Positions 8,941 through 19,529 of a stretch of 64,000 bases of DNA are shown here, piece after piece (the stretch's first letter is position 1; every line of letters starts with the position of its first letter). The notes below the pieces were generated by a model, which did not search any database, was not told the origin of the DNA, and saw only the letters and a list, made by a program, of their open reading frames with translations. A program made the translations under genes and the position numbers. The stretch is from an uncultured archaeon (GTDB lineage: Archaea; Altiarchaeota; Altiarchaeia; JAFGQM01), in the NCBI GenBank assembly GCA_964592405.1, contig CAZQBY010000001.1, positions 18,459 to 82,458 of the forward strand, read 5' to 3'.

Positions 8941-10626
8941 CTATGTATGCGCGAAATAGCAGAGAATGCCGTTCTCATCAACTCTTGAGACCCTGCAGAA
9001 ACCAAACCGCTCGAATTGAATTATGTCGTCATGCTCCAGGTTTCTGCAATCCATTTCGCAGAATCCTGCCACCCTTTTCTCCGGTCCAATGACCTCACAT
9101 CCCAGATTGTCTTCTGGCACCCATTGAATTATGGGCACGCTCAGGTCCTTCTCCTCGATATATCTGCCCATAAGCGGTCTGACCTCTTCGATTTTTATAT
9201 TACAGAAGTTCTTCAGGCGCAGCACACTGCCCTTTTTCAGCGTCTCCGCATCCTTCTTTGGAATGAATATCTTTGTAGTATCGTCAATCCGCTTCAGGGC
9301 TATGTCTCTATAACCCCTCTTCGGATGGTCCGGATGTAATGGTATCCTTATAATGTCTGCCTCTCTGGGTATCCCTTTTACCCAAACCTCTTCCGGATTT
9401 GGTACGAAGAAGTATCGATTGGCCTTTTCATCTATTATCTTCCTGTTTTCAGCATAGAGCATTGACCAGTCGAACCGAACATCTGCATCGCCAATGCCTA
9501 TCATTTTCATTACAGTCCTGATGGCCTCCGGTTGTATGCCCCGCCGCCTAAGTGCGCGCAACGTGCCAAGCCTGACATCTGACCAGCCACAATATTCACC
9601 CTCTTCAATGCCTTTTTTTATGGTGGAGGTGGAGAGGTTAACCCCCCCGATATTCAGTAGACCATTGTGTATGAACTCTGGTGGTTTCCAGCCAAAATAG
9701 TCATAGATGAATAACTGTCTTTGCGTATTGACAATGTGGTCCTTGCCACGCAAGACGTGTGTCATTCCGGACAGATGATCGTCAATGGCAATGGAGAAAT
9801 TCATAAGGGGGTAAATGTCCCAATCCCTGCCGGTCAGGGGGTGGTGCTCATGTTCAACCCTCATTATCGGGAAATCGCGCATGGCAGGATTCCTATGAGC
9901 CATATCTGTCTTGAGATTGAGTACCAATCCCATCTTTCCATCCAACATATCATTCCAAAGCTCAATATTCTTTTCAAGGGAGTTTATTCTGCATGGACAG
10001 GCCTTGCCGCGATCTTTGTATTCCTTGAATCTCTCCTGTCCACAACTACAGACGTAGGCATTGCCCTGTTTGATAAGTCTCACGGCAAAATCACGGTAGA
10101 TCGCCAGCCGGCTGCTCTGGGTCATGACTTCATCAATATTGACACCCAGCCACTTCAGGTCCTCCTCTATCATGCGGTACGCATCCTTTTCAACGCGTTT
10201 GGGATCGGTATCCTCTATCCTGAGTATGAGCTTTCCGCCGTATTTCTTTACATACTCATCATTCAATATGGCAGTTCTCGCATGGCCAATGTGCAGTGGT
10301 CCTGAGGGGTTCGGCGCAAATCGCATGACTACAGGACCTTTCACATTTGGCAGATCCGTCAGTATACCGCGCTTTTTCTCCCTCTTTTTCTGAAAGCCGT
10401 ATGTTGCGAACTCTTCTTCCAGGGCCTTTCTGCTGAGTCTGTTAACCTCCCTTACTATCCTGTTAACCTCCGGCATTATCTCCCTGACCTTCCTCCTAAG
10501 GCATTTGTCATCTGTCAGCACCTTACCTAGGACATTCTTTGGCTGAGCCTTGCCATAGTTCAAGGCATTCTCTATGGCATATCTTCGGATAATGTCAGAA
10601 CGATTCATGATCTCGTTATTTTTCAT
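8941..10626 (-). CDS. gltX: Glutamate--tRNA ligase
   Basis: RFAPNPSGPLHIGH, RIEDTDP, THVLRGKDH, LSTS, QFERFGF. Confidence 0.97.
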   Translation of the reverse strand: MKNNEIMNRSDIIRRYAIENALNYGKAQPKNVLGKVLTDDKCLRRKVREIMPEVNRIVREVNRLSRKALEEEFATYGFQKKREKKRGILTDLPNVKGPVVMRFAPNPSGPLHIGHARTAILNDEYVKKYGGKLILRIEDTDPKRVEKDAYRMIEEDLKWLGVNIDEVMTQSSRLAIYRDFAVRLIKQGNAYVCSCGQERFKEYKDRGKACPCRINSLEKNIELWNDMLDGKMGLVLNLKTDMAHRNPAMRDFPIMRVEHEHHPLTGRDWDIYPLMNFSIAIDDHLSGMTHVLRGKDHIVNTQRQLFIYDYFGWKPPEFIHNGLLNIGGVNLSTSTIKKGIEEGEYCGWSDVRLGTLRALRRRGIQPEAIRTVMKMIGIGDADVRFDWSMLYAENRKIIDEKANRYFFVPNPEEVWVKGIPREADIIRIPLHPDHPKRGYRDIALKRIDDTTKIFIPKKDAETLKKGSVLRLKNFCNIKIEEVRPLMGRYIEEKDLSVPIIQWVPEDNLGCEVIGPEKRVAGFCEMDCRNLEHDDIIQFERFGFCRVSRVDENGILCYFAHT

Positions 10627-10644
10627 TCTTGAAATTTATAAACG

Positions 10645-13557
10645 CTATCTCTCATAGTCAAGCCAGACAGTTTTACCCTCAAATATTGCCTCCGCCTTGA
10701 ATGTCTGTGGCTTTCCCTCCCTCACAACCAGCTCACGGGCTGTGGTATTGCTCTTAATCTCCTCCCTGAACCTCTCAATAGTTCTTGCAAATTCCGGATC
10801 TGTGTGTATAATCATCCTCACCTCCTCAGACACCTTAAGCCCCTCTCTCTTACGCATGTTCTGTATCTGGCGCATCAAATCGCGGACGAGACCCTCTTCA
10901 ACAATCTCTGGCGATCTTTTCTTGTCTAGGAAGACTGTCCCTGCAGAGAACTCCTTTTTGATAAACCCTGCTGGTCCTTCTCCCTTCTCAATCAGGCAGA
11001 CCTTCTTTGAATTGGCCATCTGGCGGATGATACTCTCCAGAGAGCGGAGATTTTCCTTAGTAATTACGACCACTTCCTCAACCGGCCATCTGAGCTTTAT
11101 CCCAGCCTCATCCCTGGCAGCATTAACCTGCTCGACTATCTCTCTTGCCAGATTCATCTTCTCTTCCAGCTCCTTGTCAATGGTGGATTCTATCTTGGGC
11201 CATCCATCAAGAAAGACGGACTCACCACCAACTAGATTGCGGTAGATGTATTCACTTATGAACGGTGCAAAGGGTGCCATCATGCGGGAAACCTCAGAAA
11301 CTACAGTATGGAGTGTAGTTATTGCAGCCTCCTTGTCCCGGCCACTGGTGGTTACCCATGTCCGGTTGCGTATTATCTTGATATACCAGCGTGAGAGGTC
11401 ATTCATTATAAAGTCATCAAGTGCCCTAACACATTCATAAGGTCTGAATGCCTCCAGATAATCTGTGAGCATCTTGTTCAGGCTTGCAAGCCTTGAGAGA
11501 ATCCATAGGTCCTCAATCCTCAGCGCATCCTCATATCGCGAAATGCCGGTCTTTTTTGGGTCAAAATCCTGCATATAGGTTTTGATGAACTGATAACAGT
11601 TCCAGAGTGTATTGAACAGACGGAATGTTATCTTCATATTCTCCAAATCGAACTTTAGTTTTTCCCAGACTTCAGTCTCCTCCAACAGATAGAAGCGTGT
11701 TATATCCGCACCGTATTGTTTGATTACCTCATGTGGTGCTATGACATTGCCAAGGGATTTTGACATCTTGTTACCCTCCCTATCCAAAACCCACTCATTC
11801 ATAAGGACGTTAAGATAGGGGGCCCGGTCAAACATTATCACCCCCTCAACCATAATCGTATAGAACCAGCCCCTTGTCTGATCCAGACCCTCGGTTATAA
11901 AATCGATCGGAAAGAGCTCCTCAAATTTCTTGTCCTCGGGATAGTTGAGAGATGCCCATGTTGCTGCACCGGACTCAAACCAGATATCTGTTATATCTGG
12001 CACCCTTCTCATCTTCTTACCGCACTTAGGACATTTTATCTCAATCCTGTTGGTGTATGGTACATGCAGATCCGGCTTCCCTTCCGGGAGCCCGAGGGCC
12101 CTTTCCCTGAGCTCATTCCAGCTTCCGATGACCTCGTAGTTACCACATACACACTCCCAGATGGGCAGGGGTATGCCCCAGTAGCGTTGTCTGGAAATAC
12201 ACCAATCCCGCGCCTCCTCTATCCAGTTCTTAAATCTTTTCTCACCTGCCCATTCAGGTATCCAGTTCACCTTTCTATTCTCACGTATCAGGGAACTCCG
12301 GATTTTTCTTATGTTGATAAACCACTGTGGAGAAGCTCGGTAGATTATGGGCGTCTTGCACCTCCAGCAGTGGGCATAGCGATGTGTTATCTTTTTTTCT
12401 GCTGCCAGAAATCCACGTGATTTTAGGTAATCAATTACCATCTGGTCCGCATCCCTGACAAAGATGCCTGCCAGCGTTCCACCCTCCTCAGTATATCGCC
12501 CGTCCTCACCTACTGGAGAGAATGGAGGAATGCCATATTTCATTCCAATGGAGTAATCATCCTGACCATGACCCGGGGCAGTGTGGACACACCCTGTACC
12601 CTCTTCCAGCGTGACGAAGTCTCCAACTAGGACAGTGTGTATGTTCTTGTTCTTGGTTTCAAGTTTCGCGTTCTCGGGTACTGAATCTTTCAGCACGAAT
12701 TCATAGCGCAGGCCTTCCAGTTCTTTTCCCGAAACACCCTTGCCCTCTACCTGATAGTTCTCAATCCCACAGTCTTGCATGACCTGTGCAACCCGCTCCT
12801 TGGCCATGAGCCATCTCTCATTACCAACATCCACATAGACATACTCATACTTTGGATTTACGGTTACTGCTAGGTTGGCGGGCAGTGTCCATGGTGTAGT
12901 TGTCCAAATCAGGATGAATTCACTCTCCTTGCCCACAATGGGGAACTTGACATAAATTGAATAGTCTGAAACATCTCTATACTCATCCGTCGCCTCATAG
13001 CCGGCCAGTGCGGTCTCACACCTCGGGCACCATGCCGTAGTTGCTTTCCCTCTGTAAAGCAGTCCCTTTTCCTGGCATTTCTTGAAGAACTGCCATGACG
13101 ACGAGATGTAGCTGTTGTCCAGTGTTTTATAGGCATGTTCAAAATCCCAGTGCAGACCAAAGCGCTTGTAAAACTCGTTGAAAACTCCGACAAAATGAAG
13201 TGCCCGCTCTCTGCATTTCCCAATAAATCTCTCTGCCCCGAATTTTTCAATATCCTCGCGCTTCCTGAGGCCGAGCTCCTCTTCCACCTTGACCTCGATT
13301 GGTAAACCGTGGCAGTCATAGCCCGGCTGCAGGTGGACGTCATAGCCCTTCATGACACGATATTTAAGCAGCGGGTCCCTTATCGCGCGCGTGCGGGCAT
13401 GACCCATGTGCGGATAGCCGTTGACATAAGGGGGCCCGTCTAGGTAGAAGAACTTCTCACCATTCTTATTGGCTTCTTTTATCTTCTGGAGAAGATTAAT
13501 CCTATCCCAGTATTCAAGAATCTCCTTTTCCAGCTCAAGGGGTTTGAAGGGTTCCAT
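10645..13557 (-). CDS. ileS: Isoleucine--tRNA ligase
   Basis: DGPPYVNG.PHMGH, WTTTPWTLP, DWCISRQRYWG, EGLDQTRGWF, KMSKS. Confidence 0.97.
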   Translation of the reverse strand: MEPFKPLELEKEILEYWDRINLLQKIKEANKNGEKFFYLDGPPYVNGYPHMGHARTRAIRDPLLKYRVMKGYDVHLQPGYDCHGLPIEVKVEEELGLRKREDIEKFGAERFIGKCRERALHFVGVFNEFYKRFGLHWDFEHAYKTLDNSYISSSWQFFKKCQEKGLLYRGKATTAWCPRCETALAGYEATDEYRDVSDYSIYVKFPIVGKESEFILIWTTTPWTLPANLAVTVNPKYEYVYVDVGNERWLMAKERVAQVMQDCGIENYQVEGKGVSGKELEGLRYEFVLKDSVPENAKLETKNKNIHTVLVGDFVTLEEGTGCVHTAPGHGQDDYSIGMKYGIPPFSPVGEDGRYTEEGGTLAGIFVRDADQMVIDYLKSRGFLAAEKKITHRYAHCWRCKTPIIYRASPQWFINIRKIRSSLIRENRKVNWIPEWAGEKRFKNWIEEARDWCISRQRYWGIPLPIWECVCGNYEVIGSWNELRERALGLPEGKPDLHVPYTNRIEIKCPKCGKKMRRVPDITDIWFESGAATWASLNYPEDKKFEELFPIDFITEGLDQTRGWFYTIMVEGVIMFDRAPYLNVLMNEWVLDREGNKMSKSLGNVIAPHEVIKQYGADITRFYLLEETEVWEKLKFDLENMKITFRLFNTLWNCYQFIKTYMQDFDPKKTGISRYEDALRIEDLWILSRLASLNKMLTDYLEAFRPYECVRALDDFIMNDLSRWYIKIIRNRTWVTTSGRDKEAAITTLHTVVSEVSRMMAPFAPFISEYIYRNLVGGESVFLDGWPKIESTIDKELEEKMNLAREIVEQVNAARDEAGIKLRWPVEEVVVITKENLRSLESIIRQMANSKKVCLIEKGEGPAGFIKKEFSAGTVFLDKKRSPEIVEEGLVRDLMRQIQNMRKREGLKVSEEVRMIIHTDPEFARTIERFREEIKSNTTARELVVREGKPQTFKAEAIFEGKTVWLDYER

Positions 13558-13573
13558 GATTTAAAAGAGAAGG

Positions 13574-13712
13574 TGGGCCTGATGGGATTTGAACCCATGA
13601 CATCTGGCTTGCTCAGAGCCTTTGGATTCCCGTCGGGAGTCCTCAGCAAGGGTGCGCGCGGCACCCAAGCCCGTATAAGACCAGCGCTCTGACCAAGCTG
13701 AGCTACAGGCCC
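13574..13712 (-). tRNA. tRNA-Ile(TAT) with 64-nt intron at 37/38 (13610-13673)
   Basis: GGGCCTG/CAGGCCC-A acceptor; CTGGT-CT-TAT-A|intron|A-GCCAG; BHB central helix CTTA/TGAG with two 3-nt bulges. Confidence 0.9.
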
Positions 13713-13801
13713 AGACATGTAGAACAGGGTTATTTTTGATATTGATTAAATTAAAACCGTATGTATGGCAGATTACACTTGTCATTGGGAAAGACCTGTC
13801 A

Positions 13802-14686
13802 TCACCATGGCCCGGAATTACTTAGTGGTGACGGGCCCGGGAGCCCGGCTTCCCAGAATCTATTTCCCTCCACGATAATGGGCTTTTTGCGTCCGGGAAG
13901 ATCCAGATATGGGCATTTCTCCGGTGGCTCGGTGCTGATAAATGTGTTCCCAGAATCAGGCGGGCACCATCCGACCTTTCCCCTCTCAATCCACGGTCTG
14001 AGGTTAAAGTCCCATGGGTCTGTTTCCTCCCTCCACTCGCCCTCACCCTTCTCATTTTTATACCAGTAAGTGCCGGTAGTGTTGCGCCACTCTGCAGCCA
14101 GATCTCTGGCAGGTGGCCGCTTTTTGGCAAAATAAGCGATGGGATAGGCAATGTATCCATTGTTCATCTCCAAGCGCCCTATTACTGCGATCATTCCCGG
14201 TATCTTCAGCAGCCTTGGGATAACATAGGGGACTTCCGGACCGGGATGGACTTTTTTTATGCCGGCACTCGGGCGCCTGCCGGAATAATTGAGAGCCCCC
14301 CTCAAAACACAAAAGTGGGCGCATGGCTGTGGATCCCCGGGCATAATATGGGTCTCCCACCAAGGGCCATCGAGGCCAAAGGGATCAAAGGTCCGCATGA
14401 GGGGCTCATTGTCATATGGACAACAGCTCATGGCAATAAGCGGAAGGCGCTTGAAGTATTCTCTTTCCACCTTTTTCTGCAGATCTAGGAGTTTCTCTGC
14501 TTCTTCAAAACGTCTTTCTGCCTGTTCATAGAGTTTCCTAGACTCCATACCCCTACTGTGCTCGGCCTTTTCATACAAAGACTCAAACTCATCAAGGAGC
14601 TTCTCTCTGCGCTCAAACAACTCCCTTCTATGCCTGAGTAATTCATTTCGTCCCCTTTGGCTGAGGGGCTTTCTGCCTTTGGCCAT
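13802..14686 (-). CDS. Hypothetical protein (basic N-terminus, coiled coil, Trp/Pro/Cys-rich domain)
   Basis: 294-aa ORF preceded by GAGGTG; no family recognised. Confidence 0.75.
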   Translation of the reverse strand: MAKGRKPLSQRGRNELLRHRRELFERREKLLDEFESLYEKAEHSRGMESRKLYEQAERRFEEAEKLLDLQKKVEREYFKRLPLIAMSCCPYDNEPLMRTFDPFGLDGPWWETHIMPGDPQPCAHFCVLRGALNYSGRRPSAGIKKVHPGPEVPYVIPRLLKIPGMIAVIGRLEMNNGYIAYPIAYFAKKRPPARDLAAEWRNTTGTYWYKNEKGEGEWREETDPWDFNLRPWIERGKVGWCPPDSGNTFISTEPPEKCPYLDLPGRKKPIIVEGNRFWEAGLPGPSPLSNSGPW

Positions 14687-14708
14687 CTCCTGTTTGTTGA
14701 CACCTCAC

Positions 14709-15983
14709 TTAGACCTTCTCCCACTTCTGGAGCTCTAATATCCGGCCCAGGGTCCTTCCATCCTGTATCTCTTTCTTGACGCGGTCTTCCTTTTCCTTAA
14801 CGTAGAGCGCGCGTTTGGCTATCTCCAGAGCACGTTTTTCGGGTATGACAACAACACCATCCTGATCAGCCAGTATGTAGTCTCCCGGATTGACCTCAAT
14901 ACCCCCACATTTGATTGGTATGCACATTTCCCCCATACCTTTTGGCTCTCCTGCAGCCGGGCTTATATACCGGGCAAAAACCGGAAACCGCAGCTTTCTG
15001 ATTTCCTCAACGTCCCTTACTGCACCATCTATCACAAGTCCTGCAATACCCTTCAGAAGCGCGCTTCTGGTGGCCAGCTCCCCCCAGAGTGCGGCTCTGG
15101 AGGCATGCGCATCTATTACAATAACATCCCCCTTCTCTGCGGAATCTATGGATTGCACTGTTTTGGACCAGTCGCCCGGATATGCCCTGACAGTGAAGGC
15201 CTTGCCATAGAATTTGTCCTCAATGAAGATGGGCTTTAGACCATGCATCTCGCCCTTGCGGTGCATGGCATCACTCACATTGGATGTAGAGACCTGAGCT
15301 AGAATCTCCTCAATCGTCTGGCTTTTTTTTTCACCCGCCTTTGCCAGAATCTTTGGATTTTGGATGAGCTTTTTGAACCTTTTCGCAACCCCAGCTGCAT
15401 CAGGTGCCTTGGTTATTGCACCCCCCACTATCAATATCTCACCGCCATCCTCTATGGCCCGAGCTGCATTGTCCAGTGTCAGCCCGCCACCAACTGCAAC
15501 AGGGATGCTGACGCTTCCCACCACCCTTCTCAGATCGGTGAAGACATCCATGCCAACCATCTGCTGGTCTATGCCAGTGTGGACCATCACATAATCAGCG
15601 CCAAGTTCCTCAGCCCGCCTGGCCTGTGATTCCACATCCTTCACATTCAGGAGATCCACCATAATACGACAACCAAAGTTCTTGGCAGTTTCTACAGCAT
15701 GTATAATCGTCTGGTCATCGGAGGTCCCCAGAACAGTGACTATATCGGCCCCGGCCTTTGCAGCTATCTCGGTTTCGATGTCCCCCGTATCAGCGATTTT
15801 CAAATCTGCGACGATTTTCTTAGCTGGAAACTGCTTCTTAAGCGCGCGCACTGCATCCATGCCACATGCCTTGATAAGTGGCGTGCCGGCTTCTATCCAA
15901 TCCACACTCTCAACCACTTCCTGCCCGATCCTGAGTGCCCTTTCCAGATCCACGAAGTCCAAGGCTACCTGAAGAATCATCAC
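14709..15983 (-). CDS. 3-hexulose-6-phosphate synthase / RraA-family fusion
   Basis: LQVALD, IEAGTPLIK, ADLKIADTG, HTGIDQQ; C-terminal DGAVRDV, GDYILADQDGVVVIP. Confidence 0.92.
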   Translation of the reverse strand: MMILQVALDFVDLERALRIGQEVVESVDWIEAGTPLIKACGMDAVRALKKQFPAKKIVADLKIADTGDIETEIAAKAGADIVTVLGTSDDQTIIHAVETAKNFGCRIMVDLLNVKDVESQARRAEELGADYVMVHTGIDQQMVGMDVFTDLRRVVGSVSIPVAVGGGLTLDNAARAIEDGGEILIVGGAITKAPDAAGVAKRFKKLIQNPKILAKAGEKKSQTIEEILAQVSTSNVSDAMHRKGEMHGLKPIFIEDKFYGKAFTVRAYPGDWSKTVQSIDSAEKGDVIVIDAHASRAALWGELATRSALLKGIAGLVIDGAVRDVEEIRKLRFPVFARYISPAAGEPKGMGEMCIPIKCGGIEVNPGDYILADQDGVVVIPEKRALEIAKRALYVKEKEDRVKKEIQDGRTLGRILELQKWEKV

Positions 15984-16183
15984 TACGAATTGAGGTTAAG
16001 GACTTAAAAAACCCGGATTCGGGACAGAAACAGGAACTTTTTCCATCAGAGAATAAGACAACTGTGCTCCCAACGGTTCACAGGCTGGAGATTATCCAGA
16101 TTATTCATGCCTCGGTGAAAAACCCTTTTTGTGGAAAAATCGTCAAAGTAAAGAGTCAAGCTAAACTATGAGATACTTAAACT

Positions 16184-16756
16184 ATGAAATACTTCAACAG
16201 AATCATGAGGGAGAGCCTCCCGATACTATTCCTCCTGCTTCTGGGCGAGCTTATAGCAGGCAGCATACTGGCAAGTGGTGAACTCCGGCTCTCCTTGGTA
16301 CCCGGCCTTCTCATACTCCTGCCGGCCATATTATCACTACGCGGTAATATCTCCAGTGCCTTGGGCAGCAGGTTTGGCTCCTACATGCACATGGGTCTTG
16401 TTGAACCGGAACTCAAACTTGCAATATTCAGGAAACCAATAGTAAAGGAAAATATATATGCTTCAATGTGCCTTAATATTATCATGTCATTCTTCTTGGG
16501 CATATTTGCATACCTCATTGCCATCATGACCGGGGTGACCACTGCCAGCATCCTCATCCTGACCTTCATAGCAGTTGTTGCAGGCGTTCTGTCCGGGCTC
16601 TTTCTGGTTTTCCTGACAGTCTTTTTGGCCGTATTTACATCATCCCGGGGCATGGACCCAGACAATGTTCTCACACCAACCGTGGCAACCATAGGAGACA
16701 TATTCACAGTCCTGTTCCTGTTCTTGGTAGCTGATCTGGCCTTATTAATCTTCTAA
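16184..16756 (+). CDS. MgtE/SLC41-type cation transporter membrane domain
   Basis: LRGNISSALGSR, GMDPDNVLTPTVATIGD. Confidence 0.9.
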   Translation: MKYFNRIMRESLPILFLLLLGELIAGSILASGELRLSLVPGLLILLPAILSLRGNISSALGSRFGSYMHMGLVEPELKLAIFRKPIVKENIYASMCLNIIMSFFLGIFAYLIAIMTGVTTASILILTFIAVVAGVLSGLFLVFLTVFLAVFTSSRGMDPDNVLTPTVATIGDIFTVLFLFLVADLALLIF

Positions 16757-16810
16757 TAAACCAAAACTATCAACCAAAACCAATAAAAAAATCAAATCAA
16801 AAATCCAAAG

Positions 16811-17437
16811 ATGGAAGAAGTCGAAACGATCGAGGAAATATCCGACGAGGTTATGGAGGAGAAGAAGACCTTAAAGGATATATTAATCGAGATGAAGGAC
16901 CTGTCGGAAGTGATGACCGATTTGGCATATTCTTCTGTCCTGCTGAATAGCAGGGAAATTGCCGAAGAGGTAGTTGAGATGGAGGAGGAGATGGACAAGC
17001 TTCGGATAGAAGCGGAGATAAAGGCCATGCTCTCCTCAAGAGACCAGGATGATGCAGAAGACCTTGTTGGCATCCTGCACATAGCACATGCGGCTGAGAA
17101 CATGTCAGATGCTGCCAAGAGTATTGTAGAGGTGGTTCTCAGAGGTGAAGGCGAGCACCCGATTCTCCAAGGAATGCTGTCCGAGGCCGAAGAAAGCATA
17201 GTGAAGGTAGTAATCAAACCGGAGTCAGTGATGGTTAACAAGACCCTTGGTGAACTTAAACTCAGCACGCATACCGGCATGTTTGTGATAGCAATAAAGA
17301 GGGGCAAGAAATGGTCATACCGGCCCAAAAAGGGCACTAAACTCAGGAGTGATGATATGATAATAGCCGTTGGCTCCAGAGAGGGCGTCAAAACCCTTCA
17401 GGATCTTGCATGCGGAAAACTAAAAGAGCTTTGCTGA
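16811..17437 (+). CDS. PhoU + TrkA-C domain protein
   Basis: EMKDLSEVMTDLAYSS, AAENMSDAA, C-terminal VIAIKRG. Confidence 0.9.
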   Translation: MEEVETIEEISDEVMEEKKTLKDILIEMKDLSEVMTDLAYSSVLLNSREIAEEVVEMEEEMDKLRIEAEIKAMLSSRDQDDAEDLVGILHIAHAAENMSDAAKSIVEVVLRGEGEHPILQGMLSEAEESIVKVVIKPESVMVNKTLGELKLSTHTGMFVIAIKRGKKWSYRPKKGTKLRSDDMIIAVGSREGVKTLQDLACGKLKELC

Positions 17438-17490
17438 CACATGCTTGTCCCTTTTTAATTCCTTTTTAATTTCCTAGTAATAATTTAATT

Positions 17491-18420
17491 ATGTATGTAT
17501 CATCACCTGCCGATGAGAGCAGGCGTCAGGCTAGGTTGATAGTCAACATGGTGCTAGTGGTGTTCCTCCTGATAGGCCTGCTTCTGATGTTACAGTACTT
17601 TCATTTTCTATATCTTAGGGATATCCCGCTGATAGGCAACTGGCTCATGGATGTCTATGAGAGGGTCTTTGGCGTTCCCAAGGTCCTGATACTCCACGGT
17701 GACGACTCCATAGGCAACTGGGAGGAGCTCCGCTCCCAGCTCTCAAAGAGGCTGATATTCTATTCGGAGGACGTCGATGTCAGGAAGTTCAGCGCCGGCA
17801 TGGGCCAGAAATTAAAGGAATACGGCCTTGTGATAGTTGAGGATGCCAAGCGTTTGGACAAGGACAAACTGATAAATCTCGACGACTATGTAAGAAGTGG
17901 CGGAAATCTCATCTGGGTTGGTGATGCCGGAACCATAGGATATGTGGAGTATGAGGACAGAGTATTGGCTAACCAGACCGGCTGGACCAGGAATATAGTT
18001 TGTATAGATGAGAAGACACTTGCTGCCTGCTCCTGCAAGACTGTCCGGGCAAACTCTACATGTAAGTTTCTGCCGGATGAAGCCGAACAGGTGAGAGTGG
18101 ATTTCTCGGCAACCTTGGGCGTGGACTTCTCAAGGAATGTCATTGGTGACAATCCTATCCTGGAGATAGTTGACAGGTCCAACTGGGCTGTTATGGGAAT
18201 CCGTTTGACATTTCCCCTCTCCGGAACCAACAAGATAACCAAAGTTGCCAACTCTTATGATTCCTCACTGGTGGCTAATGTGAAGCTGGGGGAGGATACA
18301 TACCCCGGCATTGTTATAAATGACCAGCCCGGGGTCTGGGGATCAGTAATATACTTTGCCTATCCACCAGAGAAAACCATGGAAATCCTCCTGCCTATTG
18401 TAGAAAGACTCAGATATTGA
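17491..18420 (+). CDS. Hypothetical membrane-anchored protein
   Basis: N-terminal TM; DYVRSGGNLIWVGDAG suggests GATase1-like alpha/beta domain. Confidence 0.7.
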   Translation: MYVSSPADESRRQARLIVNMVLVVFLLIGLLLMLQYFHFLYLRDIPLIGNWLMDVYERVFGVPKVLILHGDDSIGNWEELRSQLSKRLIFYSEDVDVRKFSAGMGQKLKEYGLVIVEDAKRLDKDKLINLDDYVRSGGNLIWVGDAGTIGYVEYEDRVLANQTGWTRNIVCIDEKTLAACSCKTVRANSTCKFLPDEAEQVRVDFSATLGVDFSRNVIGDNPILEIVDRSNWAVMGIRLTFPLSGTNKITKVANSYDSSLVANVKLGEDTYPGIVINDQPGVWGSVIYFAYPPEKTMEILLPIVERLRY

Positions 18421-18485
18421 GAAAGCTCGCCAAGGCAGAAACCAATCCGGATTTATATTCAAATCATCATAAATAATCACTAGAA

Positions 18486-18833
18486 ATGAAAGACCTTAAT
18501 TATGTAATTGGAAGACTACAGGGTCTAAACGATCTTGTCAAGATATTAAAAGATCTGATAAACAAGAAGGGCGCTGCAGATTCCGAGATAGTAGCTGTCA
18601 TAACAAACCATATATCTGACCAGCTTGCCTCAATACTCGCTGAGTTTGATAATCTCAGGGTGGAGGAACATCATAAGGAGGCCCTCACTGAGATAAAGGA
18701 TAAGCATATCCGGGCGCAGGCATCAGAACCTGCTTCTTCTGGCGATGTGGCGAAACCCCAGCAACAGCTCGATAAGCACGAGAAAACCGTTGATGAGCTC
18801 CTGAGGGATCTGGAATCGCTTAAATCGAAATAA
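18486..18833 (+). CDS. Hypothetical helical protein
   Basis: 115-aa ORF with TATA-like TTTATAT upstream. Confidence 0.7.
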   Translation: MKDLNYVIGRLQGLNDLVKILKDLINKKGAADSEIVAVITNHISDQLASILAEFDNLRVEEHHKEALTEIKDKHIRAQASEPASSGDVAKPQQQLDKHEKTVDELLRDLESLKSK

Positions 18834-18853
18834 TCTCAAATGCGTGAGAACAC

Positions 18854-19513
18854 ATGGCAAGTGGTTCCTGGACGTCAATACCGGACACTGGAAGTATAGC
18901 TGCTCCGGCACCGGACATCAGCACAATACTGCTGGCTGTAGCTCCATTCATAATATTCCTGCTGGTTCTCTGGTGGGGCTCAAGGAAGAAGGCCAGAAAG
19001 AAAATAACTATAGAGATGGCCTATAATCTGATAGCCCTTCAGCTTCTGGTTTTTCTGTTTTTGCCACTATGTGAGCTACCATTCGAGTGCGGTGTGTGGG
19101 CACTGATACCCATTGCAATGTTCGCTGGATTGGTAGCTTTTGTCTATTATCGCATGTCAAAGGAGGCCCAGCATCATATGCGCGTCATAAAGGCTATCCA
19201 GGAGGGGCACATAGGGTATGCTGAGGTTCTCCAGGGCCAAATTGAAGAAGAGATCGCCGAAGCCGAGAGGAAGGCTGGGAGCACTGGGAGTGGAGAGGGC
19301 ACAGAAAAGACAATGGCCAAAGAGCCGGAGGGAACTGCAGGGGAGAGAAAAAAACCTGCAACGGAGGAAATACCAGATGATGGCCCCGAGATTTCCCGGG
19401 AGCACCCGGAGCACAAAAAGATAGAGCGCATAATACTCAAAGTCCTAAAGAAGAAGGGCGCTATAAGGAAGAGTACCACGTCAAAGAAATCCAGAAAGAA
19501 ATCTGGGAAATAA
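18854..19513 (+). CDS. Hypothetical membrane protein (3 TM, charged tail)
   Basis: Three hydrophobic segments, Lys-rich C-terminus. Confidence 0.7.
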   Translation: MASGSWTSIPDTGSIAAPAPDISTILLAVAPFIIFLLVLWWGSRKKARKKITIEMAYNLIALQLLVFLFLPLCELPFECGVWALIPIAMFAGLVAFVYYRMSKEAQHHMRVIKAIQEGHIGYAEVLQGQIEEEIAEAERKAGSTGSGEGTEKTMAKEPEGTAGERKKPATEEIPDDGPEISREHPEHKKIERIILKVLKKKGAIRKSTTSKKSRKKSGK

Positions 19514-19529
19514 CCCGCAAGTCTTATCA

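Noticed and set aside
13610-13673. tRNA-Ile intron as another copy of the shared element
   Set aside because: Structured, but shares only a 7-mer (CGGGCTT).
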